Positions 38,114-48,514 of a stretch of DNA of 64,000 nucleotides are shown one piece after another. How positions within the stretch are numbered: position 1 is the first letter of the stretch; the number at the start of each line of letters is the position of its first letter. A program made the translations under genes and the position numbers. Source of the stretch: Akkermansiaceae bacterium (GTDB taxonomy: Bacteria; Verrucomicrobiota; Verrucomicrobiia; Verrucomicrobiales; Akkermansiaceae); NCBI GenBank assembly GCA_051251915.1, contig JBPOGF010000002.1, positions 160,001 through 224,000 of the forward strand, given 5' to 3'. Under the pieces are notes generated by a model. The model had not been told where the DNA came from, searched no databases, and saw nothing but the letters and a program-made list of their open reading frames with translations.

Positions 38114-39774
38114 TGAATTTATGCGGACAGCTAAAAGGCAGGATCTTTGTCTTTATTTTAATCGCCATGGTTGTCATGGCGATTTTTTTTCCTATGCTCT
38201 CATATGGTTGGCTGGGAATTGAGGATACATCGTACTATCAAACTAACCCTCTTTTTGGTCCTGGTAGGCTTCTGGATCGGCTGTTAGCTTGTTGGTTTCA
38301 CTCACCTGATTCTAACTATATGCCGCTCACTTGGAGTGTCACTGTTCTCTTGGATGATGCGACATCTCATAGCCCTCAAGCGTTTCATGCGTTTTCACTT
38401 GGTCTTCATCTTTTAAATAGTTTACTTGTCTTCATTTTATTAAGTAGGTTAAAGCTTAGGCTTGTTCCGACAGTGATAGTGGTTCTCATCTTTGCGCTCC
38501 ATCCGCTCCGAGTGGAGGCTGTGGTTTGGGCTTCTTCTATTAAAGGTCTGCTCGCAACTTGTTTTGCTCTTGGTGCCATTTTGGTTCAGATGAGTCCTAA
38601 GATTAGATATCGATCTACTCTTATGATCGGCTTCTTTTTGCTATCATTACTTAGTAAGCAAACTTTATTTCTACTTCCTTGTGTTCATTTTTTGTTGGCG
38701 TCTGCTTTACCTGAGTATCGACTTAAGAAGGTCACTTATGTTGGGCTAGGTGTCTTAAGTATGCTGGGTGCAGTGGCGGCTATGAATGCCAACGCGGGAA
38801 ACTCACTTCTTGCAGTGAATCAATTTATTGATGGTAGGGTGGCTCCACTTAAATCTTTGTCAGCATTGGGGCATTACTTTAAGATGCAGTTTTTTCCTTA
38901 TCCATTGTTCCCTGAATACCCAGCAAATCAGCTATGGTGGCAGGTTCTGATAGGTGTTCTATGTTTATTTCCTGTGGGGGGGTATGTTAGGAGTTTCTTT
39001 AGCTCTGAGCGTCCGTCACTTGCTGTAAGTTTGTATGTGTGTTTCATTGTTCTTATTTTTCCTACGTTGGGTTTTGTGACTACGCCCTTAGAGTTTGCTG
39101 CAGATCGTCTTAGTTATCTGCCTAGTTTATTTTTCTGGGCCGCGCTGGTTCTGGTTATTGCACAGAGTTGTTCGATGGTGTGGTGTAGAAGAGTCTTTTC
39201 TGTGACTGCGCTGCTCTTTATTGGGTTTTTGGTGGCTCTAACTCATCGTCAGCTTAGTCACTGGAAAAGTGACTCAGCTCTCATTGCTCATATTTTGCAT
39301 CATGAGCCTGAGCACTATTTGGCTAATCTGCATCTCGCCAATAAGCTTGCGCTTGCAGGAGATTTTAAAAATGCGCTGCCTGTTGCACGAACTATCACTG
39401 AGGTGCATCCCCATCGATACGGAGGGCAGCAGACTCTGTCAGGTATTTATCTTAGTATGGAGAGTCCTGCTGCTTCATTAGAGGCTCTGGAAATTTGCTT
39501 ATCTCGGGAATCTCCGATCACGGCGGATCTTTATCTGCTTCGTTGTGGTGCTTTACGAGCACTTGGTAGGTATGTGGAGGCTCTTAAAAGTTGTGATTTA
39601 GCTAAGAGGAACGGCATGGATCTTCTTACGGTTCATTATCATAGAGCGCTTACTTATCATGACTCAGGAGAGGAAATGGAAGCTCAGGATGAGATAGAGC
39701 AAGCTCTGTCAATTGATCCGCAGTCTTTGCGGGTTCTTAGGCTTAAGGTGTTGATAGAGTCTGGTAATAGGTAG
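38113..39774 (+). CDS. TMTC-like GT-C membrane glycosyltransferase with TPR tail
   Basis: ED..YY..NP, Y.PLT, FH....LH..N, FALHPLRVEAVVW, LLSKQ, ADRLSYLPS, C-terminal TPR-like repeats; TAATG overlap with the upstream gene. Confidence 0.75.
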   Translation: MNLCGQLKGRIFVFILIAMVVMAIFFPMLSYGWLGIEDTSYYQTNPLFGPGRLLDRLLACWFHSPDSNYMPLTWSVTVLLDDATSHSPQAFHAFSLGLHLLNSLLVFILLSRLKLRLVPTVIVVLIFALHPLRVEAVVWASSIKGLLATCFALGAILVQMSPKIRYRSTLMIGFFLLSLLSKQTLFLLPCVHFLLASALPEYRLKKVTYVGLGVLSMLGAVAAMNANAGNSLLAVNQFIDGRVAPLKSLSALGHYFKMQFFPYPLFPEYPANQLWWQVLIGVLCLFPVGGYVRSFFSSERPSLAVSLYVCFIVLIFPTLGFVTTPLEFAADRLSYLPSLFFWAALVLVIAQSCSMVWCRRVFSVTALLFIGFLVALTHRQLSHWKSDSALIAHILHHEPEHYLANLHLANKLALAGDFKNALPVARTITEVHPHRYGGQQTLSGIYLSMESPAASLEALEICLSRESPITADLYLLRCGALRALGRYVEALKSCDLAKRNGMDLLTVHYHRALTYHDSGEEMEAQDEIEQALSIDPQSLRVLRLKVLIESGNR

Positions 39775-39827
39775 GAAGGAGAAAGATGCTTTGGGATGAT
39801 TGTTTTTTGTGTTTTCTCATTCATTAT

Positions 39828-41045
39828 CTAATTTAGCTTTAGGCGGAGGGCAAAGATGGCGCCGATGATGCAGCAGGTGGTGTAGAGCATCATGGGGTAG
39901 ATGGGGGCTAGGGACTGGAGGGGGGCGGCGATGAGTCCTAGGATGATGATGAGGATGGCGATGATGGTGTTAGAGGCGGAGACGTAGTCGGTGCGTTTGT
40001 CTCCTTCGGCGGCATCGACTACCCAGGTGGTTCTGCCTAGGCGGACGCCCATGTAGCCGATGTTGAAGAGGAAGAACATGATGGGCCAGGTGAGGGGGCG
40101 GACGGCGAGGGCTGGGAACTGATAGAAGATGATAATGGATGCGATGCCGGCGAGGGCTGCGAGTAGGCCGCCGAATGCCATGGAGAGGTGGCTGGCGCGG
40201 TCTGAGAAGTTTCCCCAGATGAAGGATGAGACTGCGGTGGCGAGTGCGCCTGCAACGATGAAGGAGATGAGGGAGTTTGTGCTTGAGCCGGCATGATGTG
40301 CCATGACTACGAAGATGGGGGATGCTAGTGCGGTGCCGAGGAGGAGGGTCCTGGCGAGGATGAAGTTTCTGAATTTGGGGTCATTTTTGGCGAGTGATAG
40401 GCGGTGGAGGATGCCTAGTTTTGGGTTTTCTGTGGTGGGTGATTTGTCTTCTGCTGGTTCGTGGACGAAGTGGTAGGAGATGCCGGCGAGTAGCCACATG
40501 AAGCCGGCGCCGATGATGATGGAGGCGAGGAGGGTGGGGTCTGATTGGTCGCGATTTGTTAGTAGGATGATGGCGAGGAGGGTGGCGAAGATACCGGAGA
40601 GGGTGGAGGCGATGCCGGAGAGTTTGCCTCGGCTTCCTTTGGGGATGGCTCTACCTAGGATATCCTTGGAGGTGATGGAGCAGAAGGCTCTGGCGGTGGC
40701 GAAGAGGGCGAGTGCTAGGATGGCGGTGTAGCCTGCTATGGACGGGGAGAGGAATAGGGCGGCGAGGCCAATGGCGGTGATGCAGAGGAACTGGGCGATG
40801 AGGCCGGTGGTGTAGATGGGTTTGCGTTTGGGGAATTTTTTGATGAAGGTGGCGAGGAAGATTTGGGGGAGCATGGAGCCGGATTCGCGGATGGGGACGA
40901 GCATGCTGACGGCGAAGGCGGGTGCGCCGAGGGCGGAGAGTAGCCAGGTGAGGATGGTCTTGGGGTCTGAGAGGGTGTCTCCGATTCTGATGAAGCAGTT
41001 CGATGCGATGATGGAGCGGAATGAACGTTTTTGGAGGGGAGTCAT
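39828..41045 (-). CDS. MFS transporter
   Basis: About 12 TM helices, LVPIRESGSMLPQ, KDILGRAIPKGSRG, WGNFSDR. Confidence 0.85.
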   Translation of the reverse strand: MTPLQKRSFRSIIASNCFIRIGDTLSDPKTILTWLLSALGAPAFAVSMLVPIRESGSMLPQIFLATFIKKFPKRKPIYTTGLIAQFLCITAIGLAALFLSPSIAGYTAILALALFATARAFCSITSKDILGRAIPKGSRGKLSGIASTLSGIFATLLAIILLTNRDQSDPTLLASIIIGAGFMWLLAGISYHFVHEPAEDKSPTTENPKLGILHRLSLAKNDPKFRNFILARTLLLGTALASPIFVVMAHHAGSSTNSLISFIVAGALATAVSSFIWGNFSDRASHLSMAFGGLLAALAGIASIIIFYQFPALAVRPLTWPIMFFLFNIGYMGVRLGRTTWVVDAAEGDKRTDYVSASNTIIAILIIILGLIAAPLQSLAPIYPMMLYTTCCIIGAIFALRLKLN

Positions 41046-41190
41046 GGTGTGATTGTTTTTTTTTGGGGTGAGGTTTGTTGGGGGTAAGTGAGATTTAGCA
41101 AGTATTGGGGGAGGAGAAAAGAATTATGGGGAGATAATGTTTTTTTATGTGGTGGCTGTGGTGGATAATGTTTTATAGAAGGGATCAGTT

Positions 41191-41814
41191 ATGGAACCTT
41201 GGGTATTAGCATTTGCATCTGCGCTTTTTTCAATCATGAATCCGATTGGGAATGCGGGTATCTATGCGAGTATGATTCCTAATATGAGTGATGCTGAGTC
41301 AAGAAAGATAGCTTGGAAGTGTGCTTGTGCGGTGGTGATTATCCTTTTGATTTCTACGTGGGCGGGGGCTTGGTTTTTGAAGTTGGCGGGGATTAATGTT
41401 CATGAGTTACGTGCTGCTGGGGGGCTTATTGTGCTACTTATTGGTCTGCGGATGTTGTTTAATGATACTTCACATGCTCAGACTGAGAGTGAGGCTGAGG
41501 AGGCATTAGAGCAGGATTCTATTGCGGTGGTTCCATTGGCAATTCCTATTATTGCGGGGCCGGGTACGATTTCATTAGTGATAGCGACTGCGGGGCAGAA
41601 TGGGGGTTTTGAGAGTCATGTGACGATTAGTGCGATTTGTGTTCTTTTTGCTGGTGTGATAGGCGTGGTGTTTTCTTTTGCTAAGAAGATGTCTGCTTTG
41701 ATAGGGGCGAATGGTATGGCGGTGGTGACTCGTGTGATGGGGATGATTTTGGCTTCGATAGCGATGGGGATGTTGGCGTCTGGAGTGCGTGGGTTATTTC
41801 CTGAGGTTTTTTAG
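41191..41814 (+). CDS. marC: MarC-family membrane protein
   Basis: MNPIGN, AVVPLAIPIIAGPGTI, TRVMGMIL. Confidence 0.9.
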   Translation: MEPWVLAFASALFSIMNPIGNAGIYASMIPNMSDAESRKIAWKCACAVVIILLISTWAGAWFLKLAGINVHELRAAGGLIVLLIGLRMLFNDTSHAQTESEAEEALEQDSIAVVPLAIPIIAGPGTISLVIATAGQNGGFESHVTISAICVLFAGVIGVVFSFAKKMSALIGANGMAVVTRVMGMILASIAMGMLASGVRGLFPEVF

Positions 41815-41904
41815 TTTTTGGTGTAGGTTGTGATGGGGGGATTTATTTTGAGGTGGGGTTGGTTTCTTGCTTGAGGTTTTGGGATGAAGAATGAGTATGT
41901 GGGC

Positions 41905-43251
41905 ATGACTGAGCAACTACAAAAGCAGGTGGATGATTTATTTGAATTTTTAAGATTTCCTAGCATTTCTACGGCTAGTGATCATGCGGGGGATGTGCGG
42001 GCTTGTGGTGAGTGGTTGGTGGCTAAGCTGACTGGTATGGGATTGAGTGTGGAGCTGCATGAGACGCCGAAGCATCCGGTGGTGGTGGCTAGGAATGAGC
42101 ATGTGGAGGGGCGGAAGACGGTGTTGATTTATGGGCATTATGATGTGCAGCCGGTGGATCCGGTGGAGCTGTGGGATAGTGCTCCGTTTGAGCCTGAGAT
42201 TAGGGATGGTAGGATCTGGGGACGGGGAGCTACGGATAATAAGGGGCAGATGATGGCGCATGTGCTGGGTGTTCAGCAGATGTTGGAGGAGAAGGGTGAG
42301 TTGCCGGTGAATTTGATTTTCCTTTTCGAGGGTGAAGAGGAGATAGGGAGTCCCAATTTGGTTCCGTTTTTAGAGAAGCATAAGGCGGAGCTTGCTTGTG
42401 ATATTATTGCTGTTTCTGATACTGGGATGGTGGCGCGTGGGGTGCCTACGATGGGGTATGGTTTGAGGGGGATTACTTGTTGTGAAGTTAAGGTGAAGGG
42501 GCCGAAGGGTGATCTGCATTCTGGGCTTTATGGTGGGGCTGTGGCGAATCCGGCGACGGCTGTGGCTAGGCTGGTGGCTAGTCTGCATGATGCGGATGGG
42601 AAGATAGCGATTGATGGATTTTATGATGATGTGAAGCCGCTGGAGGACTGGGAGAGGGAGATGTGGGCTCAGGTTCCGGGGATGACGAAAGAGGATTTCA
42701 TGGCGATTACTGGGTCACCGGATTTATTTGGTGAGCCGGGGTATAGTAGTGCTGAGAGGTTGTGGGCGAGGCCTACGGCGGAGGTGAATGGGATAGGTTC
42801 TGGTTACCAGGGTGAGGGGAGCAAGACGGTGTTGCCGGCTGAGGCGATGGCGAAGTTTTCTTTCCGGTTGGTGCCGAATCAGGATCCGGCGGATATTGCG
42901 CGGAAGGTGGAGGCGCATTTAATGAAGCATGCTCCAGTGGGTGTGATGGTGGAGGTGGTGGCTGGGCATGATGGGAAGCCGTATTATGCTGATCCGAATT
43001 CTGCTTTTGGGATGGCTGGCCAGGCTGCGCTGGAAAAGGCGTTTGGTAAGAAGCCGGTGCTGATCCGTGAGGGTGGGAGTATTCCTATCATTAAGGATAT
43101 GCAGGATATTCTGGGTGCAGATTCTCTGTTGTTAGGGTTGGCGTTGCCGGATTGTCAGATTCATGCGCCGAATGAGAATTATTATTTAGAGAACTTTGAG
43201 GGGGGAATCAAGATGTCTCAGATTCTGTTAGATGAGTTGGCGAAGGTGTAG
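41905..43251 (+). CDS. M20 metallo-dipeptidase
   Basis: YGHYDVQP, GRGATDNKG, EGEEEIGS, DLHSG, GGSIP, HAPNE. Confidence 0.92.
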   Translation: MTEQLQKQVDDLFEFLRFPSISTASDHAGDVRACGEWLVAKLTGMGLSVELHETPKHPVVVARNEHVEGRKTVLIYGHYDVQPVDPVELWDSAPFEPEIRDGRIWGRGATDNKGQMMAHVLGVQQMLEEKGELPVNLIFLFEGEEEIGSPNLVPFLEKHKAELACDIIAVSDTGMVARGVPTMGYGLRGITCCEVKVKGPKGDLHSGLYGGAVANPATAVARLVASLHDADGKIAIDGFYDDVKPLEDWEREMWAQVPGMTKEDFMAITGSPDLFGEPGYSSAERLWARPTAEVNGIGSGYQGEGSKTVLPAEAMAKFSFRLVPNQDPADIARKVEAHLMKHAPVGVMVEVVAGHDGKPYYADPNSAFGMAGQAALEKAFGKKPVLIREGGSIPIIKDMQDILGADSLLLGLALPDCQIHAPNENYYLENFEGGIKMSQILLDELAKV

Positions 43252-43256
43252 GTTTT

Positions 43257-43643
43257 TTAGAAGAGTAATAGGAAATCAACGCTGATGATGACCAAGAATG
43301 CTGGGACTAGAGAGAGGAGAGTGCCTAGGATGAATAGGCCTATTCTGAGTGTTTTGACGTCTTGGTAGTTGAATATGACGCGGACGTAGGTCTCGACGGT
43401 GGGGCCTGCGCAGAAGCAGAGGTTGGCGAAGATTCCGAAGACGATGGAAGATAGCACAGTTTCTTCTAGGCTGAAGTAGGGCGCGCGCATGGAGAAGAAG
43501 ATGGCGACGATGCCGACGAGAAATAGGATGATGTTGTAGAGGATGCGCATCCTTTCCCAGCCGATGACGATGTTACGTAGTTCGGTGTTGACGGGCTTTT
43601 TTTCTGAATTTTGGTCGGACTCTGGGGAGGTGTATGGATTCAT
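43257..43643 (-). CDS. Hypothetical membrane protein
   Basis: MNPYTSP N-terminus, WERMRILYN, three TM segments. Confidence 0.75.
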   Translation of the reverse strand: MNPYTSPESDQNSEKKPVNTELRNIVIGWERMRILYNIILFLVGIVAIFFSMRAPYFSLEETVLSSIVFGIFANLCFCAGPTVETYVRVIFNYQDVKTLRIGLFILGTLLSLVPAFLVIISVDFLLLF

Positions 43644-43657
43644 GAGAATACCGGAAT

Positions 43658-44575
43658 TTAGAGTTTGAGTGTCTGGTTGTTTTTTCTAGATGCAAGGCTC
43701 ATGAGGATGAGTAGTGGGATGAGCCAGTAGGATGTGTTGAAGATGGTGTTCGTGATGATGGTGTCATAACATACTTTACCTGTGCAACTAAACGATAGTG
43801 CAAAGGCGCGATAAATACAAGTGAGTAAGCCGATGGCGATGAGGGCGAAGAGTCCGAGCCGACGCGTGGTGGATAGTGCGGTGAGGAGGGCGAAGAAGAT
43901 GGCGGTGTAGCAGAATGCTGTCATTGCTAGGTCTCCAGAGGCGGCTGGGAGTTTGAGCCAGGTGAAGATGGATTGCTCAAAGTTGGGGAATTTATCAGGA
44001 TAGAAGAGGTAGGTGAGGGTGTTGCCGAAGATGGTGGTGACGCAGAAGAAATTAGCGTAGTAGTTCCAGTGATCGATTTTATTGGCGAGTCGGCGGTAGC
44101 CTAGGAGGAGGAATGGGGTGGCGATGGGGAGGAGGTAGGAAACGACCGAGATGGGCTCGAAATTAGAGTCGATGTAGTGCTCTACTGCGGCTAGGACCAT
44201 GAGTGACCCTGCGATGAAGACGGGTAGGGTGTATTTTGGCTTTCGGCGATTGCCGCAGCGTAAGCTGGTGAGGGCAGCGATGGCGAAAAATGCGGCGATG
44301 CCGTAGTTGAGATACTGTTGTAGCTCAGTGAGGTTGAAGTTGTTGTTATTGGAGTCCTTGAGAAACTTACCTGTAGTTTCTTGGAGTATGGGCAGGAATT
44401 GGTCAGGGATGCCTAGTGGTGATGAGGTTTTGGTGATGTTCCATGCGGCTGCCATTAAGGTGAGGAAGCTTCCGATTCGGAGCAGCTGGAGCCAATCGTC
44501 TAGGTTATTTCGCATCCACGAGTCACGGTGTGGGTGAGGGATGTACTTGGATAGTTGTGCGCGAAAAAGTTGCAT
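43658..44575 (-). CDS. Hypothetical multi-pass membrane protein
   Basis: 305 aa, multiple TM helices. Confidence 0.7.
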   Translation of the reverse strand: MQLFRAQLSKYIPHPHRDSWMRNNLDDWLQLLRIGSFLTLMAAAWNITKTSSPLGIPDQFLPILQETTGKFLKDSNNNNFNLTELQQYLNYGIAAFFAIAALTSLRCGNRRKPKYTLPVFIAGSLMVLAAVEHYIDSNFEPISVVSYLLPIATPFLLLGYRRLANKIDHWNYYANFFCVTTIFGNTLTYLFYPDKFPNFEQSIFTWLKLPAASGDLAMTAFCYTAIFFALLTALSTTRRLGLFALIAIGLLTCIYRAFALSFSCTGKVCYDTIITNTIFNTSYWLIPLLILMSLASRKNNQTLKL

Positions 44576-44670
44576 AAGTTGCCGGAGAATGGCTTTTCAA
44601 CCAATATGGCTAGACTAGACAACTTCCTTCTGAGCGCAATCTTAATTCTACGGAATACGCGTGTGTGGGG

Positions 44671-45846
44671 CTAGACTTTGGCTCTCTCGCTGAGGGGTTC
44701 TGGGTAGGTGAACTCCTTGCCCTCGTAGTTTCTGAGGACTACTTTTTCTGGGGTGATTTCTTTGATGTAGTCTGGGTTGATGGGGATTTTTCCTCCTCCT
44801 CCAGGGCCATCGATAACGTATTGCGGGATGGCGTAGCCGGTGGTGTGGCCGCGTAGTCCCTCGATGATTTCGATGCCTTTTGCTACGCTGGTGCGTAGGT
44901 GGGATGAGCCTTTAATGAGGTCACACTGGTAGAGGTAGTATGGCCTGGAGCGGCACATGAGGAGCTTGTGGACGAGTGCTTTTTGGGTTTCGACGTTGTC
45001 GTTTACTCCTTTGAGCAGCACGCTTTGGTTACCTGTCATGATGCCGGCGTCTGAGAGTTTCTCAAGTCCTGCTTTGACTTCGGTGGTTAGTTCCTTGGGG
45101 TGATTTGAGTGGATGGAGATGAAGAGGGGATGGTATTTCTTGAGCATGTTGCAGAGGTCGTCTGTGATGCGCTGGGGTAGGAAGATGGGGATTCTGGAGC
45201 CGATTCTGACAAACTGGATGTGTGGGATGGCGTGGAGGCGGGAGAGGATTTTCTCTAGTTTGGAGTCTGAGAAGAGTAGTGGGTCTCCTCCTGAGAGTAG
45301 GACGTCACGGACGGAGGTGGTTTTTTCAAGGTACTCGAATGCGGCTTCCCACTGGGTTTCAAGTTGTTGCTCGCCGACGCCTGAGACTACGCGGCTGCGG
45401 GTGCAGTAGCGGCAGTAGGATGCGCAGCGGTCTGTGACTAGGAAGAGGACTCTGTCTGGATAGCGGTGAACTAATCCGGGGACGGGCATGTGGCTGTCTT
45501 CGCCGCAGGGGTCGTCCATTTCTTGTGGGTCATCTAGGCTTTCTTCCATGCGTGGGATGATTTGTCTGCGGATGGGGCAGTTTGGGTCATCTTTATCCAC
45601 TAGGTTCATGAAGTGTGGGGTGATGGACATGGCGAGGCGGTTTCCTGAGAGGATGATGCCGGTGCGTTCTTCTTGACTGAGATTGATGTGCTTCTCTAGG
45701 TCAGAGAGGGAATTGATCCTGTTTCTGAGTTGCCATTTATAGTCATCCCATTTTTCCATGGCTTCTACTGGCCAGTATCCGGGGGCGTGGCTTTTGAAGG
45801 GGATCATGGAGTCGTAATCAGTTGCTGTCGATTTTGCAGATGGCAT
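44671..45846 (-). CDS. KamA-family radical SAM aminomutase (lysine 2,3-aminomutase-like)
   Basis: HRYPDRVLF, CASYCRYCTR, SGGDPL, NQSVLLKGVND, PYYLYQCD, GGGGKIP. Confidence 0.9.
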   Translation of the reverse strand: MPSAKSTATDYDSMIPFKSHAPGYWPVEAMEKWDDYKWQLRNRINSLSDLEKHINLSQEERTGIILSGNRLAMSITPHFMNLVDKDDPNCPIRRQIIPRMEESLDDPQEMDDPCGEDSHMPVPGLVHRYPDRVLFLVTDRCASYCRYCTRSRVVSGVGEQQLETQWEAAFEYLEKTTSVRDVLLSGGDPLLFSDSKLEKILSRLHAIPHIQFVRIGSRIPIFLPQRITDDLCNMLKKYHPLFISIHSNHPKELTTEVKAGLEKLSDAGIMTGNQSVLLKGVNDNVETQKALVHKLLMCRSRPYYLYQCDLIKGSSHLRTSVAKGIEIIEGLRGHTTGYAIPQYVIDGPGGGGKIPINPDYIKEITPEKVVLRNYEGKEFTYPEPLSERAKV

Positions 45847-45852
45847 AATGGG

Positions 45853-45898
45853 ATTCTAGACGATGATTGTTAAATGTCAAAAGTCCGCGATGACATTT
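45853..45898 (-). promoter_or_regulatory. Sigma70 promoter (probably leaderless) with overlapping inverted repeat
   Basis: - strand TTGACA-N16-TAGAAT-N6-ATG; AAATGTCA-N11-TGACATTT over the -35. Confidence 0.65.
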
Positions 45899-45934
45899 AT
45901 GGGAAGTTTAGTGTAGGTGGAAACTTGAGGGAAC

Positions 45935-45963
45935 AACAAAAGCCACATGCGAGCATGTGGCTT
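45935..45963 (-). terminator. Intrinsic terminator after rpsP
   Basis: AAGCCACATGC-GA-GCATGTGGCTT perfect stem plus U-rich tail on the - strand. Confidence 0.8.
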
Positions 45964-45999
45964 GGTGAATTGAAATTGAATCAAGTCAGAGTGTAGTGA

Positions 46000-46251
46000 T
46001 TAAGCTTCAAGAGCCTGCTTTTGGGCTTTCTTGATGATGCTTTTCACTGTGTCAGAAGGCTGAGCGCCTTTGCTGAGCCACTGTTCTGATTTCTCGAGGT
46101 CGATAGTGTAGTTCACACCTTCAACCATTGGGTTGTATGTTCCTAGCTGCTCGATAGGGCGGCCATCACGGCGCTTGCGGCTATCTACTGCTACGATTTT
46201 ATAATAAGGGCGATCTTTTGTGCCTTGACGGCTGAGACGAAGTGCTACCAT
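46000..46251 (-). CDS. rpsP: 30S ribosomal protein S16
   Basis: [36 protein letters not shown]. Confidence 0.97.
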   Translation of the reverse strand: MVALRLSRQGTKDRPYYKIVAVDSRKRRDGRPIEQLGTYNPMVEGVNYTIDLEKSEQWLSKGAQPSDTVKSIIKKAQKQALEA

Positions 46252-46376
46252 GATTTTGTGGACGTTAAAATTTGTTAATGCCGCAATTGGTGCAGCAATG
46301 GGGCGGAAAACTGCACGATTTAGGGGTGTTTGCCAAGCGAAAACTTTATAAAAATAAAAAAACTTACCACTGACAC

Positions 46377-47165
46377 CTAATTATCATCTAAATTCTTGAA
46401 AATAGTGAGTGCTCCTTTGGTGGAAATTTTCTGATTTTTGGCGTAGGCTTTTGCTGCTCTCATCCTTATCTGTGCTTTGGTCTCGGCTTTGAACCATCCT
46501 TCTAGGGCATCGTGTAGGATGAATGATCCTGGGTACATGAGGCTTTTTGTTTGGAGGATGGAAGTTGTTTTGGTCTTGTTTAGGAACTTGGTGAAGTAGC
46601 GGTCTGAGATGCAGCAGAGGGTGATGGTGTCGATGGTTGGGAGGGTTTTTGCGGGGGTGGTTTCTACTTGGAATTCCATGAGGCCGTTGTGGCCGATGTA
46701 GGCTGTGAGGTCGGAGTTGGATCCGAGTTGGAGTTGGCGGTTGAGTGATTTTATTTCGACTACTGGGTGGTATGATCCGGTGGAGGCGTTAAGGTAGTTG
46801 GTGATGCATTGTTTGATGTGCTTGCCTTGGTAGGCGTCTGCGATGAGGAGGGAGTGGGTGTTTTTGTGTTGGAAGATGATACGTTGAAGGATGGGGGAGG
46901 TGGGATCAGTGGATTGGGGTTTGTGGGTTTCTAGTTTTTTCCAGAGGGGGCTTTTGGTGAAGTAGCGCTGGATGCCGTCTGAGCATCCCCAGTAGAGGTT
47001 GGCGTCTGGTTTGTCTCCATCGCCGATGGCTTTGCCTACTGGGACGATGCCTTGGGTGGCATTATCGCAGAGTGCGACGAAGACGTGGATGAGCTTTTCT
47101 TTAGCTGATACAATATTACAGCTAGTAAATAAACATAGGCAGGTGAGGAGGGTGATGAGTTTCAT
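46377..47165 (-). CDS. Hypothetical exported/lipoprotein
   Basis: FTSC lipobox-like; [22 protein letters not shown]. Confidence 0.75.
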   Translation of the reverse strand: MKLITLLTCLCLFTSCNIVSAKEKLIHVFVALCDNATQGIVPVGKAIGDGDKPDANLYWGCSDGIQRYFTKSPLWKKLETHKPQSTDPTSPILQRIIFQHKNTHSLLIADAYQGKHIKQCITNYLNASTGSYHPVVEIKSLNRQLQLGSNSDLTAYIGHNGLMEFQVETTPAKTLPTIDTITLCCISDRYFTKFLNKTKTTSILQTKSLMYPGSFILHDALEGWFKAETKAQIRMRAAKAYAKNQKISTKGALTIFKNLDDN

Positions 47166-47217
47166 AGCTGTTCTATATTAAAAACTTACCTGTAGGTGTC
47201 CATGAATAAGTTAGTGC

Positions 47218-47826
47218 TTAGACGAAGTCGTTGTGTTCTTTTTCGTGGCCGATGGTGGTTTCTGGGCCGTGGCCTGAGAGGGAGATGGTGTCGTCTGGGA
47301 GGGTGTAGAGTTTGTTTCTGATGCCGTCTAAGAGCTGCTCCATGCTGCCGCCGGGGAGGTCTGTGCGGCCCATTCCTCCTGCCATGAGGGTGTCACCGGA
47401 GAAGACTACGTTGAGTTCAGGTAGGTAGAAGGTGATGCTGTCTGGTGAGTGGCCTGGGATGTGGGAGACTTTAAATTTTAGGTTTCCTACTTCGAGCTCA
47501 TTTTTTCCTTCTAGGAGGATGTCTGGGGTGAAGGGTTTGATGTTGACGGGGATTCCCCAGTTCTCGCGGGCTTCTTTTTGGCGGATGAGGGTTTCTTGAT
47601 ATGGGGAGTGAGCGACTACTTTGATGCCTAGGTCTTGGAGGGCTTCGACGTCTTCTGTGTGGTCGAAGTGTTGGTGGGTGAGTAGGAGGTGGGTGGGTTT
47701 TAGTCCTTCTGATTTGATGAGTTCATGGATGAGTGCTGGTGCGTCTACGACGATGCATTCGCCTGCGTGGTCGATGATGTATCCATTGGTAGAAACGTAT
47801 CCTCCTGTGTATGAAATGATGGGCAT
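47218..47826 (-). CDS. MBL-fold hydrolase (glyoxalase II/YcbL-like)
   Basis: THQHFDH, PGHSP, FSGDTL, GRTDLPGG, GHGP.TTIG.E. Confidence 0.9.
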   Translation of the reverse strand: MPIISYTGGYVSTNGYIIDHAGECIVVDAPALIHELIKSEGLKPTHLLLTHQHFDHTEDVEALQDLGIKVVAHSPYQETLIRQKEARENWGIPVNIKPFTPDILLEGKNELEVGNLKFKVSHIPGHSPDSITFYLPELNVVFSGDTLMAGGMGRTDLPGGSMEQLLDGIRNKLYTLPDDTISLSGHGPETTIGHEKEHNDFV

Positions 47827-47873
47827 GGAGGGAGTGTGAATGTAGAATGTAGAAGTGTGAAGTTTAATTGTTG

Positions 47874-48461
47874 TTAGGCTATCTTTGGTAGGAATGTGCG
47901 GTTGTTTTTTTCTTTTCCTAAGCCGATGGCGGCTAGGAGGAGTCCGGCGGCGACGAGCATGGCCATGAGGAAAATGCCTTGGAGGATGGTGAGTGTGATG
48001 GTGGGGAAGAAGCCGTGAATGCCTCTGAATGGGAGTATGCTGCGTAGCTCGCCGTAGAAGGTGTGAGAAACGATGCCGATGACGAAGTCTGGAGCCCAGA
48101 GGAGGCCTGTGAAGCTGGCGAACTTGGCGAGTGCTTCATTTCCTGCGTAGAAGAAGATGAAGAAGCTTATGAAGCCAGGGATGGCGATGAGGAAGAGTAT
48201 GAATCTGAGGTAGGTTCCGGCTCTGAGGGCGCGGGCCATGGTGCCTGTGGTGCAGTAGGTGTGTATGTCTTTCATGCTCATGAAGTAGGTGAGTATGAGG
48301 GCAAAGATGATGATGCCTAGTGCCATGGCGATGAAGCTTTCTGGTCTATTCCAATCATGCATGGCTGCGATGAACATGCTGGGGATGGAGTTGATGATGG
48401 TGTGGAATCCCCAGAATTTTAGGTTTTTGAAGAAGGTGGGGTAGGTGATGGTGAGGTCCAT
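47874..48461 (-). CDS. Hypothetical membrane protein
   Basis: 195 aa, 4-5 TM segments. Confidence 0.7.
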   Translation of the reverse strand: MDLTITYPTFFKNLKFWGFHTIINSIPSMFIAAMHDWNRPESFIAMALGIIIFALILTYFMSMKDIHTYCTTGTMARALRAGTYLRFILFLIAIPGFISFFIFFYAGNEALAKFASFTGLLWAPDFVIGIVSHTFYGELRSILPFRGIHGFFPTITLTILQGIFLMAMLVAAGLLLAAIGLGKEKNNRTFLPKIA

Positions 48462-48514
48462 GTGGGAGGTTTTGTTATTTGTTATTTTTTATTTGTTAGA
48501 GTGGTGATGAGGAA

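Noticed and set aside
44671..45846. Call as epmB (EF-P modification)
   Set aside because: No efp or epmA adjacent; substrate cannot be fixed from motifs, so left as KamA family
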